A DNA stretch of 32,000 nt from Nitrosospira multiformis ATCC 25196 (GCF_000196355.1 NC_007614.1:630001-662000), one strand, 5' to 3'; shown: positions 1 through 10,305, numbered from the stretch's first letter. Notes: generated from the letters alone by a model not told the origin. Made by a program: numbers and translations.

Positions 1-680
1 TTCGCTCTCAAATAGCTTTGAAGTATTGGATTGCTGTAGTCCCCAAACATCCTTAACAGCTCGGTCTTTAGATAACCTTTAAGTCCCGTTGCTTCAATTC
101 GTTTTCCAATAAAACGTATAATCCAAGGCATCAGCTGATGGTCCTTGCACTCGTCCTCATACAGCTGCCCTAGTTTCCTGGCTTCTTCAATACCCTCCCA
201 GAATTGTGCCGCAGCAATCTTGTTTTGTATGAGCCAGATTGAACATCCAAATTTTCTCTCAATAACATTAAGAATTTCATTGCATTTGCTCTTTGAGTTT
301 CGGAGAAGGGAGCGCTCATATTCTTCGCGGAGATGTGTGAAGTCTTTCAATTCCTCACTAAATTGAAGGCAGCGGCAAACGCCCCAAATAAGCTCGTTAA
401 ACGGCCCAGCGGGTTGATATAGCGCTGGCTTAGAAAATAGCTCTGAGGGTTTAACTGGAAACGCGGGACCGTGAACGAAATCTAGAGCGTTTTTTTGGCG
501 AAAAATTCTTGGAAAGAAGGTGAAGAGCTCATCTACAGATGTTTGTATTTTTAGCTTTGCGATTTCTAAATGCCCTCGCATACGGATAGCACTCGCGATC
601 TCGCCAATAATTCTGTCTTGTCTAGCTGATTGCTTATTTCTTATCTTTTTTGGATTTCTAATCCGCTTTGAGCTAGCCAT
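1..680 (-). CDS. Hypothetical protein, C-terminus cut off by window edge
   Basis: Hand reverse-complement translation is open from ATG at 680 to position 1 (~226 codons): MASSKRIRNPKKIRNKQSARQDRIIGEIASAIRMRGHLEIAKLKIQTSVDELFTFFPRIFRQKNALDFVHGPAFPVKPSELF... No stop found. Missing from the ORF track because it has no stop inside the window. No family recognised. Confidence 0.65.
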   Translation of the reverse strand, partial: MASSKRIRNPKKIRNKQSARQDRIIGEIASAIRMRGHLEIAKLKIQTSVDELFTFFPRIFRQKNALDFVHGPAFPVKPSELFSKPALYQPAGPFNELIWGVCRCLQFSEELKDFTHLREEYERSLLRNSKSKCNEILNVIERKFGCSIWLIQNKIAAAQFWEGIEEARKLGQLYEDECKDHQLMPWIIRFIGKRIEATGLKGYLKTELLRMFGDYSNPILQSYLRA

Positions 681-829
681 GTCTGAGATAAAAGTAGTTT
701 AAATTCTTGATTCAATCTTCCAGATGGGGCATTAGGATACTTTAGAAGGCATTCAAGAAGCCTCAGACGTGTAAACCTTTAACCAGCTTATCGAGAAAAT
801 ATCTAATGCAGAGACACCTCCATGGGGTT

Positions 830-1699
830 TTACCCCATTTCTCCGGACGGTTTGGTTAAGCCTAAATCCTGCTTCTGACGCATTTCCAGCTGTCGCCGTT
901 TTCGCGGATTATGGAATCGCTCGATATAGTCGAAGATATCTGTGCGCGCCTCAGCCCGGGTTCGATACTGGCGACGATATACTCGCTCCCGCTTGAGCAA
1001 GCCAAAGAAGCTCTCTGCTGGCGCGTTGTCGGCACAACTACCGACAGCGCTCATGCTGCAAATCAGATTGTGTCCTTGCAGGAAGCGTTGATACTCGTCA
1101 CTGGTAAACTGACAGCCGCGATCTGAGTGCAGGATGACGGGAGTTTTTGCCTCACGCTGCCAAAGCGCCATGAGTACGGCCTGCAGCACCAGTTGCGGAT
1201 CCTGGCAGTGGCTCATTGACCAGCCGACCACGATGCCCGAGTACAGGTCCACGACCACGCACAGATAAAGCCAGCTTTCCTGAGTGCGCACATAGGTTAT
1301 GTCCGTCACCCACCGGCTGTTGGGCTCACTTGCTGTAAAGTCCCGCTGCAAGTGATTGTGCACATTCTCCGGTCGAAGGCCACAGACCTTCTTGTGCCAG
1401 CGTTTACGCTGCGGGATGCCATACAACCTCTGCTGGCGCATCAGCCGTGCTATGCGGTTCAACCCACACGCCTCGCCTTCATAACGCAACTCCTTCCAGA
1501 CTCGAGGACTGCCCATCACCCCATCGCTGCCATCATGAATCTTCCTGATGCGCTCCAGCAAACGCCGGTCATCATGCGCTCTCTGACTCAAGGGGCGATC
1601 TCGCCAATCATAGTAGCCGCTGGTTGATACATGCAGACAACGACACATCAGGCGAATGGGGAAGGCATCGCGGCAGCGTTCGATCATGCGATATCTCAT
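830..1699 (-). CDS. IS3-family transposase OrfB (rve/DDE catalytic domain)
   Basis: MRYRMIERCRDAFPIRLMCRCLHVSTSGYYDWRDRP...NSRWVTDITYVRTQESWLYLCVVVDLYSGIVVGWSM...ILHSDRGCQFTS...CADNAPAESFFGLLKRERV; typical IS3 OrfB with D,D,E motifs. Confidence 0.95.
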   Translation of the reverse strand: MRYRMIERCRDAFPIRLMCRCLHVSTSGYYDWRDRPLSQRAHDDRRLLERIRKIHDGSDGVMGSPRVWKELRYEGEACGLNRIARLMRQQRLYGIPQRKRWHKKVCGLRPENVHNHLQRDFTASEPNSRWVTDITYVRTQESWLYLCVVVDLYSGIVVGWSMSHCQDPQLVLQAVLMALWQREAKTPVILHSDRGCQFTSDEYQRFLQGHNLICSMSAVGSCADNAPAESFFGLLKRERVYRRQYRTRAEARTDIFDYIERFHNPRKRRQLEMRQKQDLGLTKPSGEMG

Positions 1700-1983
1700 T
1701 TCGACGCTTTCGCGAATAACGCCGCCGCTTCTTTTAAAAAATCACGCTCCTTCCTAACTTGGATCAGCTCACGTTTGAGCGCAGCCATCTCCTCATCACG
1801 GGGCCTGCCCTGACCCTGAAAGGCTTTATTACCGACCGAGCCCATTTCCCGGCACCACCGGCTCAGCATATTGGGATCAATCCCCAGATCACGCGCGATC
1901 CGGCTTGCCGGCACATTGCCAGACCGAACTAGTTGTACCGCTTCCTGCTTGAACTCCGCTGCATATTTCCTTCGCGTTGCCAT
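1696..1983 (-). CDS. IS3-family transposase OrfA (HTH_Tnp_1-like)
   Basis: MATRRKYAAEFKQEAVQLVRSGNVPASRIARDLGIDPNMLSRWCREMG...KERDFLKEAAALFAKASK; GGAGG ribosome-binding site just upstream of the start. Confidence 0.93.
   Translation of the reverse strand: MATRRKYAAEFKQEAVQLVRSGNVPASRIARDLGIDPNMLSRWCREMGSVGNKAFQGQGRPRDEEMAALKRELIQVRKERDFLKEAAALFAKASK
1735..1741 (-). promoter_or_regulatory. Programmed -1 ribosomal frameshift heptamer (T TTT TTA) in the orfA-orfB overlap
   Basis: Minus strand reads GAT TTT TTA AAA in the orfA frame, an X_XXY_YYZ heptamer. Re-reading in -1 gives ...FLKRSGGVIRESVEMRYRMIERCRD, open into orfB. Confidence 0.7.
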
Positions 1984-2095
1984 GACACACCTCCTGACTC
2001 ATTATCAGCCTTTTTAGATGTGTCCGTGAAATCGGGGGAAAACCCATGTACTTACTGCTCGGCAATTACCATTCCAGTACCATCTGAGATCAATA

Positions 2096-2851
2096 TCACC
2101 CGATCTCTTTCAGTCTTTTCCTCGCCGTCGCATAACCTGGGTACACGCTGCCTACTGTCTCCCAGAACGCCTTCGAATGGTTCATTTCGATGAGGTGGGA
2201 GAGCTCATGCGCGACCACGTAGTCCACCAGATCGAGCGGCTTCTGGACCAGGCGCCAGTTGAGGCGGATGATGCCGCGTGAGTTGCAACTGCCCCAGAGC
2301 GTGCGCGCACTGGAGAGGCGCAATTGCGGCAGGGCCACGCCAAGTTTATTTGCGTAAAGGGCGATGCGTTCGGTAAAGCAGGTCAACGCGTGTTGGCGAT
2401 ACCACTTCATCACGGCGCTTTCGATCTGCTCGGCAGCAACTCCGGCGGACAGGGATAAGCCCGGCTGCTCATCCTTGCTTCTGGCGTTCTCGCTTGCCTG
2501 CATCATCTGTACCGCGCCGGCGGCGGTAACCGTCACCTGCCAGGGTTCTCCGAGCAGGGGAAAGATGGCGCCTTCTTCCCATGCGGGGCGGGTGGGCTTC
2601 CTGTTCTTCCATTCGTCGAGCTTGGTGACGATCCAGTCGGCTCTTTTTTGCAGTACGGATTCGACCCAGCTCAACGATTCCCGCATCGGGATGCGCACGG
2701 TCAAGCCTTCGCTGCTCACTCTCATGCCGATGGTCTTGCGCCTGCAACGCATGAGCGTGTAGGGGACTTCACTGCCGTTCAGGTTTATATGGCGCAGTTC
2801 GTTTGCCGCGAGTTTGCTCGTTTTCGTCCTTTGGAAGGCAATCTTCTTCAC
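2096..2851 (-). CDS. YgjP-like metallopeptidase (SprT/M48-like, DUF45 family)
   Basis: C-terminal zinc motif HELSHLIEMNHSKAFW and LWGSCNSRGIIRLNWRL, characteristic of the YgjP/DUF45 family. Confidence 0.9.
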   Translation of the reverse strand: MKKIAFQRTKTSKLAANELRHINLNGSEVPYTLMRCRRKTIGMRVSSEGLTVRIPMRESLSWVESVLQKRADWIVTKLDEWKNRKPTRPAWEEGAIFPLLGEPWQVTVTAAGAVQMMQASENARSKDEQPGLSLSAGVAAEQIESAVMKWYRQHALTCFTERIALYANKLGVALPQLRLSSARTLWGSCNSRGIIRLNWRLVQKPLDLVDYVVAHELSHLIEMNHSKAFWETVGSVYPGYATARKRLKEIG

Positions 2852-3620
2852 GCCGGGGTTCCTCTTGCGTTTGGTCCGGATTGGGGTTTTCGTCCGGATG
2901 CAGGTTATCGATCCGTGCCACCTCTGCTTCTATCCAGGCTTCCACTTTTGCATTGAGTTCGCCCGGTTCCATGTCGCTGGGGTCGATGGGCGCGCCGATA
3001 CTGACCGTGATCGTGCCGGGACGCTTGATGAAGGCGTTCTTGCCCCAGAAGCGGCCCGCATTGTGCGCCACCGGTATGACCGGTGCGCCGGTATGGGTGC
3101 CGAGCCAGGCGCCGCCAATGCCGTATTTGCCCCTTTTGCCGGGGGCGATGCGGGTGCCTTCCGGAAAAATGACGATGCAGAATCCCTGCCTGAGCCGGTC
3201 TTTTCCCTGCTCGACGATCTGTTTCAGCGCCGCTTTTCTCGAACTGCGATCAATCGCGATGGGGTTGGTCATCGCCAGTCCCCAGCCGAAAAACGGGACC
3301 AGCAGCAACTCTTTTTTCAGCACCCACACTTGCGGAGGAAAGATCTGCTGGAAGGCGATCGTTTCCCATGCCGATTGGTGCTTCGACAGAATGATGCTCG
3401 GTGTAGGGAGAATATTTTCCTTTCCCAGGACGCGATAGCGGATGCCGCAGACTGCTGTCAGCAGAAACAGCATCAGGTGCGCCCAGCCGGAGGTGATGCG
3501 ATAGCGGTTGAGGCGCGAAAGTGGGAAGGCGGCAAAGACGATCAGGAAGTAGAAAGGGGTGATGATGAGCTGCAGCAGCGCGTAGAGCGTCGAGCGCAGC
3601 ACGACCGGAATCCAGTTCAT
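2769..3620 (-). CDS. plsC: 1-acyl-sn-glycerol-3-phosphate acyltransferase
   Basis: LSKHQSAWETIAF (HX4D-like NHQS-type block, here KHQSAWE) and VIFPEGTRIAPG acyltransferase motifs; position next to gmhB. Confidence 0.88.
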   Translation of the reverse strand: MNWIPVVLRSTLYALLQLIITPFYFLIVFAAFPLSRLNRYRITSGWAHLMLFLLTAVCGIRYRVLGKENILPTPSIILSKHQSAWETIAFQQIFPPQVWVLKKELLLVPFFGWGLAMTNPIAIDRSSRKAALKQIVEQGKDRLRQGFCIVIFPEGTRIAPGKRGKYGIGGAWLGTHTGAPVIPVAHNAGRFWGKNAFIKRPGTITVSIGAPIDPSDMEPGELNAKVEAWIEAEVARIDNLHPDENPNPDQTQEEPRREEDCLPKDENEQTRGKRTAPYKPERQ

Positions 3621-4150
3621 TGCGTCAGGGCATTGACCGCCGCCGAGAGATCGGCGAATATTTTTGTGTTTTCGGGCAGGTCATCCTCGGCTTCGGTCTT
3701 TTTTCCTTTGCCGGTCAGCACCAGGACGGGAAGCGCGCCGACGGCAGCTGCGCACTGCAAATCACGCAGGGAATCGCCGATCGCAGGCACACCTTTCAAG
3801 TCCAGCCCGAAACGTTCTGAAATTTCCTTGAACATCCCCGTAGCGGGCTTGCGGCAATCGCAGTTGTCGGTGTGGGCATGGGGGCAGAAAAATATCGCAT
3901 CGATGCGTCCTCCTGCCTGGACCGCGGCTTTGCACATCTTGTCATTGATGGCATTGAATGACACCATGTCCAGCAAACCTCTGCCAATGCCCGACTGGTT
4001 GGTGGCGACCACCACCCGATAGCCCGCCTGCGTAAGGTGCGCGATTGCTTCAAGACTGCGGGGAATCGGCTTCCATTCGTCCGGCGTCTTGATAAAGGCG
4101 GCACTGTCGTAATTGATGACGCCGTCCCGGTCGAGAATGACGAGTTTCAT
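3617..4150 (-). CDS. gmhB: D-glycero-beta-D-manno-heptose 1,7-bisphosphate 7-phosphatase
   Basis: HAD motif MKLVILDRDGVINYDS, VVVATNQSGIGRG, Cys/His cluster CPHAHTDNCDCRKPATGM, GDSLRDLQCA. Confidence 0.93.
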   Translation of the reverse strand: MKLVILDRDGVINYDSAAFIKTPDEWKPIPRSLEAIAHLTQAGYRVVVATNQSGIGRGLLDMVSFNAINDKMCKAAVQAGGRIDAIFFCPHAHTDNCDCRKPATGMFKEISERFGLDLKGVPAIGDSLRDLQCAAAVGALPVLVLTGKGKKTEAEDDLPENTKIFADLSAAVNALTQ

Positions 4151-4165
4151 GATCGGTTGCCGGTA

Positions 4166-6415
4166 TCAGAGCGCCAGCCGGGAAATATCCGCAATCCGGT
4201 TCATTATCTTCTGCATTTGCGCAAGCAGGGCCAGGCGGTTATGGCGCAGCGCAGCATCCTCCGTATTCACCATTACTGTATCGAAAAACTGGTCCACCGG
4301 AACTTTCAGTGCAGCCAGCGCCTGCAGCGAAGCGGTATAGTCGCCGGCAGCAAAGGCTGCATCGGCTTCCGGTATTATACGGTCTAATGCCTGGTGCAGC
4401 GCCTGTTCCGCAGGGGTCTGCAACAAGTCGGTGTCGATTTCCCCGCCTGCGTCGACTTCCGCTTTTCTGAGAATGTTGCCCACCCGCTTATTGGTCGCTG
4501 CAAGACTTTCGGCTTCCGGCAGGGCGGCGAAAGCACGCACGGCGAGCAGGCGTTTTTTGACATCATTCAGCAACTGGGGGCGCAGGGCGAGTACCGCGTC
4601 GATCTGCTGCGGGGAAAAAGTTGACCGGTCCTCGTTAGGGGATCTGCCAAAGCCCGTTATCTGCCCCTCGATGGCTTCGGCACTGAAATAGTGCTTCAGC
4701 CGTTCGTAAATGAAACCCTCTAAAGTTTCAGTGGCGGTTTTAGCTATGGTTTCAGCTGAGCCTTTGATTCTTTGTCCAAAAATGTCCGCCGTCTGCTCGA
4801 GCAGGATGTTCAGCGCCAGAGGCACTTCCTTTTCGATCAATATGCGGATTACACCCAGCGCGTGACGGCGCAACGCGAAGGGATCTTTGTCTCCAGTGGG
4901 TATCTGGCCAATGCCGAACAGGCCGACCAGTGTTTCGAGCTTGTCGGCGAGCGCAACGCATACGCCAACCGCATTGCGCGGTAATTCATCCCCTGCAAAG
5001 CGCGGCTTGTAGTGGTCTTCGATCGCGTCGGCGACCTCTTCTGCCACGCCGTCATGCTTTGCATAATAGCGTCCCATGATGCCCTGCAACTCCGGGAACT
5101 CGCCAACCATGTCGGTGAGCAGATCCGCTTTGGCGAGCATGGCTGCTTCGCCCGCCCTGGCTGCGAGTTCATTGCCGCCAAGCTGTAAGCCGATGGTTTG
5201 TGCAATGGCCCAGATCCTTTCCACCCGTTCCGCCTGCGTACCCAGCTTGTTGTGGTATACCACCCGCTGCAGGCCTTCCACTCGCGAGGCCAGTGTCTTC
5301 CTGCGATCCTGGTCGAAAAAGAATTTTGCGTCCGCCAGGCGCGAGCGCAGTACGCGTTCGTTCCCCGCAATCACTGAGCGCGCATCCACCGGGCGGATAT
5401 TGGATACGATCAGGAACCGGTGCGAGAGTTGGCCGCGCGCATCGAGCAGAGGGAAATACTTCTGATTGGCCTGCATCGTCAGAATCAGGCACTCCTGGGG
5501 CACATCCAGGAATCCCGTTTCAAATTCACCCGTCAGTACCCTGGGACGTTCCACCAGCGCGGCAACTTCATCCAGCAGGGCATCATACCGGGTCAATTTG
5601 AGATCTTCTTTGCGGGCGGCGGCCAGCAACTGGCGCTCGATTTCCGCGCGACGATGGGAGAAGCTTGCAATCACCGCCCCTTCTTCTTGTAACTGATGCT
5701 CGTAACTGTCCGCATCTTTCACGATCAGGGGACTCGTCATCGCTTCGAAACGGTGTCCTTGCGTTTCACGCCCCGCTGTCAGGCCCAATATGGATACATC
5801 CACGACTTCTTTCCCATGCAGGGCAACGAGCGCATGCGCCGGGCGGACGAAATTGATGGTATTCCAGCCGTCCGCGAGTTGATATGTCATCATTCTGGCA
5901 ATAGGCAATTTCTCCAGCGTTCCGGCCAGCGCTGTCTGGAGGCCTTCCGCCAGCGTCGCTCCCTTCACTACGCTGTCCAGAAACAGCGTTTCTGTTTTTC
6001 CATCGTGGGCGCGTTTGAGCTGAGAGAGGAATGGGACAGGATCAGCATCGCCGCAAAGACTGCGCAGCTTCTTGAGCAGGGCAGGGGTGGGCTGGCCATT
6101 TTCATCCAGACCCACTGCTACCGGCATCAGTTTTTTCAGGGAGGATGTGTCCGGCGCCTGTGCTGCTACACATGTGAGATGTACGGCAAGGCGTCGCGGA
6201 GAGGCAAAAGGGGTGGCGGCCGCATCTTCCCGCGCCAAGCCCTGTCTTTTCAGACCCGCGGCTATTCCCTGCGCGAAACTTTCACCCAGTTTCTTCAGCG
6301 ACTTGGGGGGCAGTTCCTCTACCAGCAGTTCAACCAGAAGATTTCGGGTTGCCAAACCTTGGGTTGCTTGCGTTGCCTCAGTCAAGCGGCTTTCTCCAGC
6401 AATTCCTGCGTCCAT
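4166..6415 (-). CDS. glyS: Glycine--tRNA ligase beta subunit
   Basis: (L)[26 protein letters not shown]..., ESPRRLA-like [38 protein letters not shown]-like C-terminus. The real start may be TTG at 6355; 6415 is the longest ATG start and overlaps glyQ. Confidence 0.95.
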   Translation of the reverse strand: MDAGIAGESRLTEATQATQGLATRNLLVELLVEELPPKSLKKLGESFAQGIAAGLKRQGLAREDAAATPFASPRRLAVHLTCVAAQAPDTSSLKKLMPVAVGLDENGQPTPALLKKLRSLCGDADPVPFLSQLKRAHDGKTETLFLDSVVKGATLAEGLQTALAGTLEKLPIARMMTYQLADGWNTINFVRPAHALVALHGKEVVDVSILGLTAGRETQGHRFEAMTSPLIVKDADSYEHQLQEEGAVIASFSHRRAEIERQLLAAARKEDLKLTRYDALLDEVAALVERPRVLTGEFETGFLDVPQECLILTMQANQKYFPLLDARGQLSHRFLIVSNIRPVDARSVIAGNERVLRSRLADAKFFFDQDRRKTLASRVEGLQRVVYHNKLGTQAERVERIWAIAQTIGLQLGGNELAARAGEAAMLAKADLLTDMVGEFPELQGIMGRYYAKHDGVAEEVADAIEDHYKPRFAGDELPRNAVGVCVALADKLETLVGLFGIGQIPTGDKDPFALRRHALGVIRILIEKEVPLALNILLEQTADIFGQRIKGSAETIAKTATETLEGFIYERLKHYFSAEAIEGQITGFGRSPNEDRSTFSPQQIDAVLALRPQLLNDVKKRLLAVRAFAALPEAESLAATNKRVGNILRKAEVDAGGEIDTDLLQTPAEQALHQALDRIIPEADAAFAAGDYTASLQALAALKVPVDQFFDTVMVNTEDAALRHNRLALLAQMQKIMNRIADISRLAL

Positions 6416-7287
6416 TCCACCGGCGCCAGGGGAAAGCCCAGGCGCTTGCGGCTTTCGTAATAGGCGTGCGCCACGCTGCGTGCGAGTTCCCGGATGCGCC
6501 CGATATAGGCGGCGCGCTCCGTGACCGAGATCGCGCCGCGCGCATCGAGAAGATTGAAAGTGTGTGCAGCTTTCAGCACTTGCTCATAAGCCGGCAAAGG
6601 GAGTCCCTGCTCCACCAGATGGCGGGCTTGTGCCTCATGGCTTGCAAAGGCTTGGAACAGGAAATCCAGGTCACTGTGCCCGAAATTATAGAAGGATTGC
6701 TCGACCTCGTTCTGATGATAGACATCGCGATAGGAAAGCCCCTTTGTCCAGGTAAGGTCAAAAACGTTGTCCACGCCTTGCAAGTACATTGCCAGCCGCT
6801 CCAGGCCATAAGTGATTTCACCTGTAATGGGCTTGCAGTTCATGCCGCCCACCTGCTGGAAATAGGTAAACTGGGTCACCTCCATGCCGTTCAGCCACAC
6901 TTCCCAGCCCAGTCCCCAGGCGCCGAGAGTGGGATTTTCCCAGTCATCCTCGACGAAACGTATATCGTTCTGCCGGAGATCGAAACCGAGTTCTTCGAGC
7001 GAGCCGAGGTACAGTTCAAGAATGTCCGAGGGGGCGGGTTTCAGCACCGCCTGAAACTGGTAATAGTGTTGCAACCTGTTGGGATTCTCGCCATAACGCC
7101 CGTCTTTCGGGCGACGGGTGGGCTGCACGTACGCCGCTTTCCACGGCTCGGGGCCGAGCGCGCGCAGGAATGTGGCAGTGTGGGATGTTCCCGCGCCAAC
7201 TTCCATATCATACGGTTGAAGCAGCGCGCAGCCCTGCCTGGTCCAGTAGTGTTGCAGGGCGAGAATGATTTCCTGAAATGTGCGCAT
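6382..7287 (-). CDS. glyQ: Glycine--tRNA ligase alpha subunit
   Basis: [49 protein letters not shown]...[27 protein letters not shown]; start taken at 7287, giving 301 aa. Confidence 0.97.
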   Translation of the reverse strand: MRTFQEIILALQHYWTRQGCALLQPYDMEVGAGTSHTATFLRALGPEPWKAAYVQPTRRPKDGRYGENPNRLQHYYQFQAVLKPAPSDILELYLGSLEELGFDLRQNDIRFVEDDWENPTLGAWGLGWEVWLNGMEVTQFTYFQQVGGMNCKPITGEITYGLERLAMYLQGVDNVFDLTWTKGLSYRDVYHQNEVEQSFYNFGHSDLDFLFQAFASHEAQARHLVEQGLPLPAYEQVLKAAHTFNLLDARGAISVTERAAYIGRIRELARSVAHAYYESRKRLGFPLAPVEWTQELLEKAA

Positions 7288-7376
7288 GTAAGATTCTGAG
7301 CCGGACCGTAATTGACAAAAAGGCGCAAAAGCAAGAGGCAGCAAGAGACGCCATAAAATTGGGCGAGAATGCGATT

Positions 7377-8879
7377 TTACCGTTTTTTGCGGGTTTCGCG
7401 AAAAGCGGATAACACGGCAAGTCCCAGCAATATTCCGCAAAGCCCGAGAATCAGGCTGTTGCCGAACCGCACATAGGGTGTGGCCCCGGCAAACCCCTGC
7501 GCCGTGCCATGCAAGGCGGTGGTGGTGAATATTTCCGCCTCCTGCAACACTCTCCCGCGCTCATTGATGATTGCCGTGACCCCTGTATTGGTTGCCCGCA
7601 CCATGTAGCGTCCTGTTTCAAGGGCCCGCATCTGGGATATCTGCAAGTGCTGCCGGGGCCCGATGGAGCGGCCAAACCAGGCATCGTTGCTGACATTGGC
7701 GAGCAGGGTGGCTTGCGGCAGCTGCTGGATGATCTCTTCGCCGAACACGTCCTCATAGCAGATATTCACCGCGACCCGCTGCCCCGCGATATTCATGGGC
7801 TGCTGGCCAAGTGCGCCCCGTGAAAAATCGGATAACGGAATTTTCAGGACGTTGATGATCCACCCGAACACGGGCTTCAATGGAATGAATTCGCCAAACG
7901 GCACAAGGTGATACTTGCGGTAGCTCTGTTCCGGGGAAGTGCCGAAGCTGAACATGGAATTATAGTATTCGCTGCGGCCACCCGCTGCTTCCACCAAGCC
8001 AACCAGAACGTCGCCATTATTCCGCTTTGCATGGGCGGCCAGGTGGGCAAGATAAACGGGCGATACTTCGTTGCGGTAGAGCGGGATCGAAATTTCGGGT
8101 GTGATGATCAGGCGGCTGTCGCTTTGCAGTACAAGCCGGGCGTAGTTTTCCATGGAACTGATGAGCTGGTCCTCACGCCACTTCATATCCTGCGGAATGT
8201 TCCCCTGCAGCAGGCTTACGGTCACCGGTTCGCCTTCCGGTTCAGTCCAGTGAATCTGCTGAAGGCCCTCACCGGCAAGCCAGAGCGTCAGCAGGGGTAA
8301 GAAATGGAGAGGTTTGCGAAATTCCTTTCGAACGAGCAAACACAGCAGCGCAGCACTCAGCACCACCAGCAGCGAAATGCCGTATACGCCGATAATGGGT
8401 GCGAAACCGGCCAGGGGACTGAGGGGAGCCTGGGAGTAACCCAGGGTCAACCATGGAAAACCGGTAAACAATACGCTGCGCAGCCAGTCGGACAAGGCCC
8501 ACAGCGCTCCCGCAGTCAGCGCCCATACGATAGGGGACGCAATATCCAGTTTTCTCAAAGTCCAGCCTGTCATTGCCGGAAACAGCGCGAGGTAGCTGCA
8601 CAGAAAAATGAGCGCAAGCACGGCAACCGGCATCGGCATTGCGCCGAAATCATGCAGGGAAATATACAGCCAGGTGACACCCGCACTGAACATTCCCATG
8701 CCGAACGAGAAGCCCAGCAATCCGGCTGTGCGAGGTCGCGCGCTGTTGCGCCAGAAATGGCACAACAGCGCGAGGGTCGCAAGCGGGATCGGAAAAAGAT
8801 AAAACGGCGCAAAACCGGGAACGGTAAGTGCGCCGAGCAGAAAACAGACCAGTAATTCCGAACGGATTATTTTATTCAA
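7377..8879 (-). CDS. lnt: Apolipoprotein N-acyltransferase
   Basis: Multi-TM N-terminus, then carbon-nitrogen hydrolase domain: [50 protein letters not shown]. Confidence 0.95.
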   Translation of the reverse strand: MNKIIRSELLVCFLLGALTVPGFAPFYLFPIPLATLALLCHFWRNSARPRTAGLLGFSFGMGMFSAGVTWLYISLHDFGAMPMPVAVLALIFLCSYLALFPAMTGWTLRKLDIASPIVWALTAGALWALSDWLRSVLFTGFPWLTLGYSQAPLSPLAGFAPIIGVYGISLLVVLSAALLCLLVRKEFRKPLHFLPLLTLWLAGEGLQQIHWTEPEGEPVTVSLLQGNIPQDMKWREDQLISSMENYARLVLQSDSRLIITPEISIPLYRNEVSPVYLAHLAAHAKRNNGDVLVGLVEAAGGRSEYYNSMFSFGTSPEQSYRKYHLVPFGEFIPLKPVFGWIINVLKIPLSDFSRGALGQQPMNIAGQRVAVNICYEDVFGEEIIQQLPQATLLANVSNDAWFGRSIGPRQHLQISQMRALETGRYMVRATNTGVTAIINERGRVLQEAEIFTTTALHGTAQGFAGATPYVRFGNSLILGLCGILLGLAVLSAFRETRKKR

Positions 8880-9117
8880 TGTGCGTCAATGATTCGCCCT
8901 GGCGCGCTAGTGCGTCCCTCTGCGCTATCTCTTCTTCGGAGCCGAATGACAGAAAACCATTTTCAGATCAACTCCCCCGGATCTGATCTTCGTAACCGTT
9001 TGCTTGAGAAGATACCATACAAGCTTCATACGAAGAGAAGTGCCGATAATCAGTAACAGGGCGTGCCGAGCTCCCATGGCGGTGAGCGCGTGTTTATCCC
9101 GCAAAAAGACGCCAAAA

Positions 9118-10305
9118 TCACCCGCCTGGATCAGAAACCTCGTCTTCCGGTATCTGGCGGGGTAGCAATAACCGGAAAGTCGAGCCGACGCCTACCACGG
9201 AGTCCACTTCCAGTTTGCCGCCCAAAAGCCGGGTGGCTTCTGAAGCGATGGACAGGCCCAGGCCGATGCCCGGTTTGCCGTAGGTATCGGCGCGCTGGAA
9301 AGCATCGAACAGGTGGGTCAGGTTTTCCGGCGCAATGCCCGGGCCCTGATCGCTCACGCTGAGGATCCAGGCGCTATCTTCCCTGGCGTTATGACGGGCT
9401 GTGACTTCTATCCGGCCACCCGAACTGTATTTTACCGCGTTCCCCAGCAGATTCTGCAATATTGGGACCAGCAGTGCTTCTTCACTGAGCACTTTCGCGC
9501 CTTCCGGCACATCGATGCTTAATTCTATTCCCTTCATTTCCGCTTCCGGTGTGACCTGCCTGACTGCTTGGGATAATAGTGAATTCAAATCCACCACTTC
9601 CATCGCCAGGTGAAAGTACCCTTTTCGCAGTTGCTCGGATTGCAGCAAGCGATCCATTCCAGCAGTGGTCTTGAGTATGATGCTCCTGACCAACTCCAGG
9701 TCCGCGACATTGTCGGCAAGCTCCGGAATTTTTGCGAGCTTCATTGCAAGTATTTGTATATATAGCGTGATTTGGCTGAGGTGATTGCGGAGATCATGAG
9801 AAAGAAAAGAGAGATACTTGGACTGGATTTCCGTCGCGGACTTGAGCTGCCGCTGCAGATTCTCGACGAATATGACTGTTCCGCTTTGCAGCGCCGCATC
9901 TACTGCCATGTTCAGGGCAACATTGCTTGTCTCGTCCAGTTCGCCATTCAATTCTTCGGAAATCTGTTCGATCATTACGCGCCGTAGAAGCTGGTACTCG
10001 ACCACCAGTTCGCGGATGTTGTAATTTTCCTGAAAGCGCGACTCGCCATGCAGTCCACTGCCTTCCACCAGCGCCTGGGTAGTGACGGGATGGCTGGAGG
10101 AAAACGCTTCGATCACCTCTTCCAGGATCAGAGGCACAGAGTCGCGCAGGTTTCTGAGCGTGAGTGCGTCAGCCGCGGGCAGGGTGGAGGCAACAGATTT
10201 CTCCCACTCTCGCAGAATCGCGTCCTTGCGTGCGCGCAAGGCAGAGGCGAGGTGAGGAAACGCATGATATGCCAGCAGGTCCAGAGTGGGGTCGGCTGTA
10301 GACAT
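9118..10305 (-). CDS. Sensor histidine kinase (soluble, RsbRD-like N-terminal region)
   Basis: H-box FLSHDLRNHLSQI, N-box NLLGNAVKYSSGG, G-boxes SDQGPGIAPEN and GIGLGLSIA. No transmembrane segment is apparent. Confidence 0.9.
   Translation of the reverse strand: MSTADPTLDLLAYHAFPHLASALRARKDAILREWEKSVASTLPAADALTLRNLRDSVPLILEEVIEAFSSSHPVTTQALVEGSGLHGESRFQENYNIRELVVEYQLLRRVMIEQISEELNGELDETSNVALNMAVDAALQSGTVIFVENLQRQLKSATEIQSKYLSFLSHDLRNHLSQITLYIQILAMKLAKIPELADNVADLELVRSIILKTTAGMDRLLQSEQLRKGYFHLAMEVVDLNSLLSQAVRQVTPEAEMKGIELSIDVPEGAKVLSEEALLVPILQNLLGNAVKYSSGGRIEVTARHNAREDSAWILSVSDQGPGIAPENLTHLFDAFQRADTYGKPGIGLGLSIASEATRLLGGKLEVDSVVGVGSTFRLLLPRQIPEDEVSDPGG

Larger units (their letters stand above)
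823..2046 (-). mobile_element. IS3-family insertion sequence, apparently intact; ends approximate
   Basis: OrfA (HTH transposase subunit) and OrfB (DDE integrase) in -1 related frames. Imperfect terminal inverted repeats: left TGGGGTTTTACCCCATTTCTCCGGAC (from 823) and right end, reverse complement, TGGGTTTTCCCCCGATTTCACGGAC (ending 2046). Confidence 0.85.

Noticed and set aside
2814-4022. 402-aa plus-strand ORF
   Set aside because: Lies antisense to plsC and gmhB, which have clear family motifs. The plus translation shows no motif and looks like a GC-driven shadow ORF.
5696-6460. 254-aa plus-strand ORF
   Set aside because: Antisense to glyS, with low-complexity Arg/Gly-rich composition typical of the complementary frame.
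6349-7299. 316-aa plus-strand ORF
   Set aside because: Almost exactly mirrors glyQ on the opposite strand.
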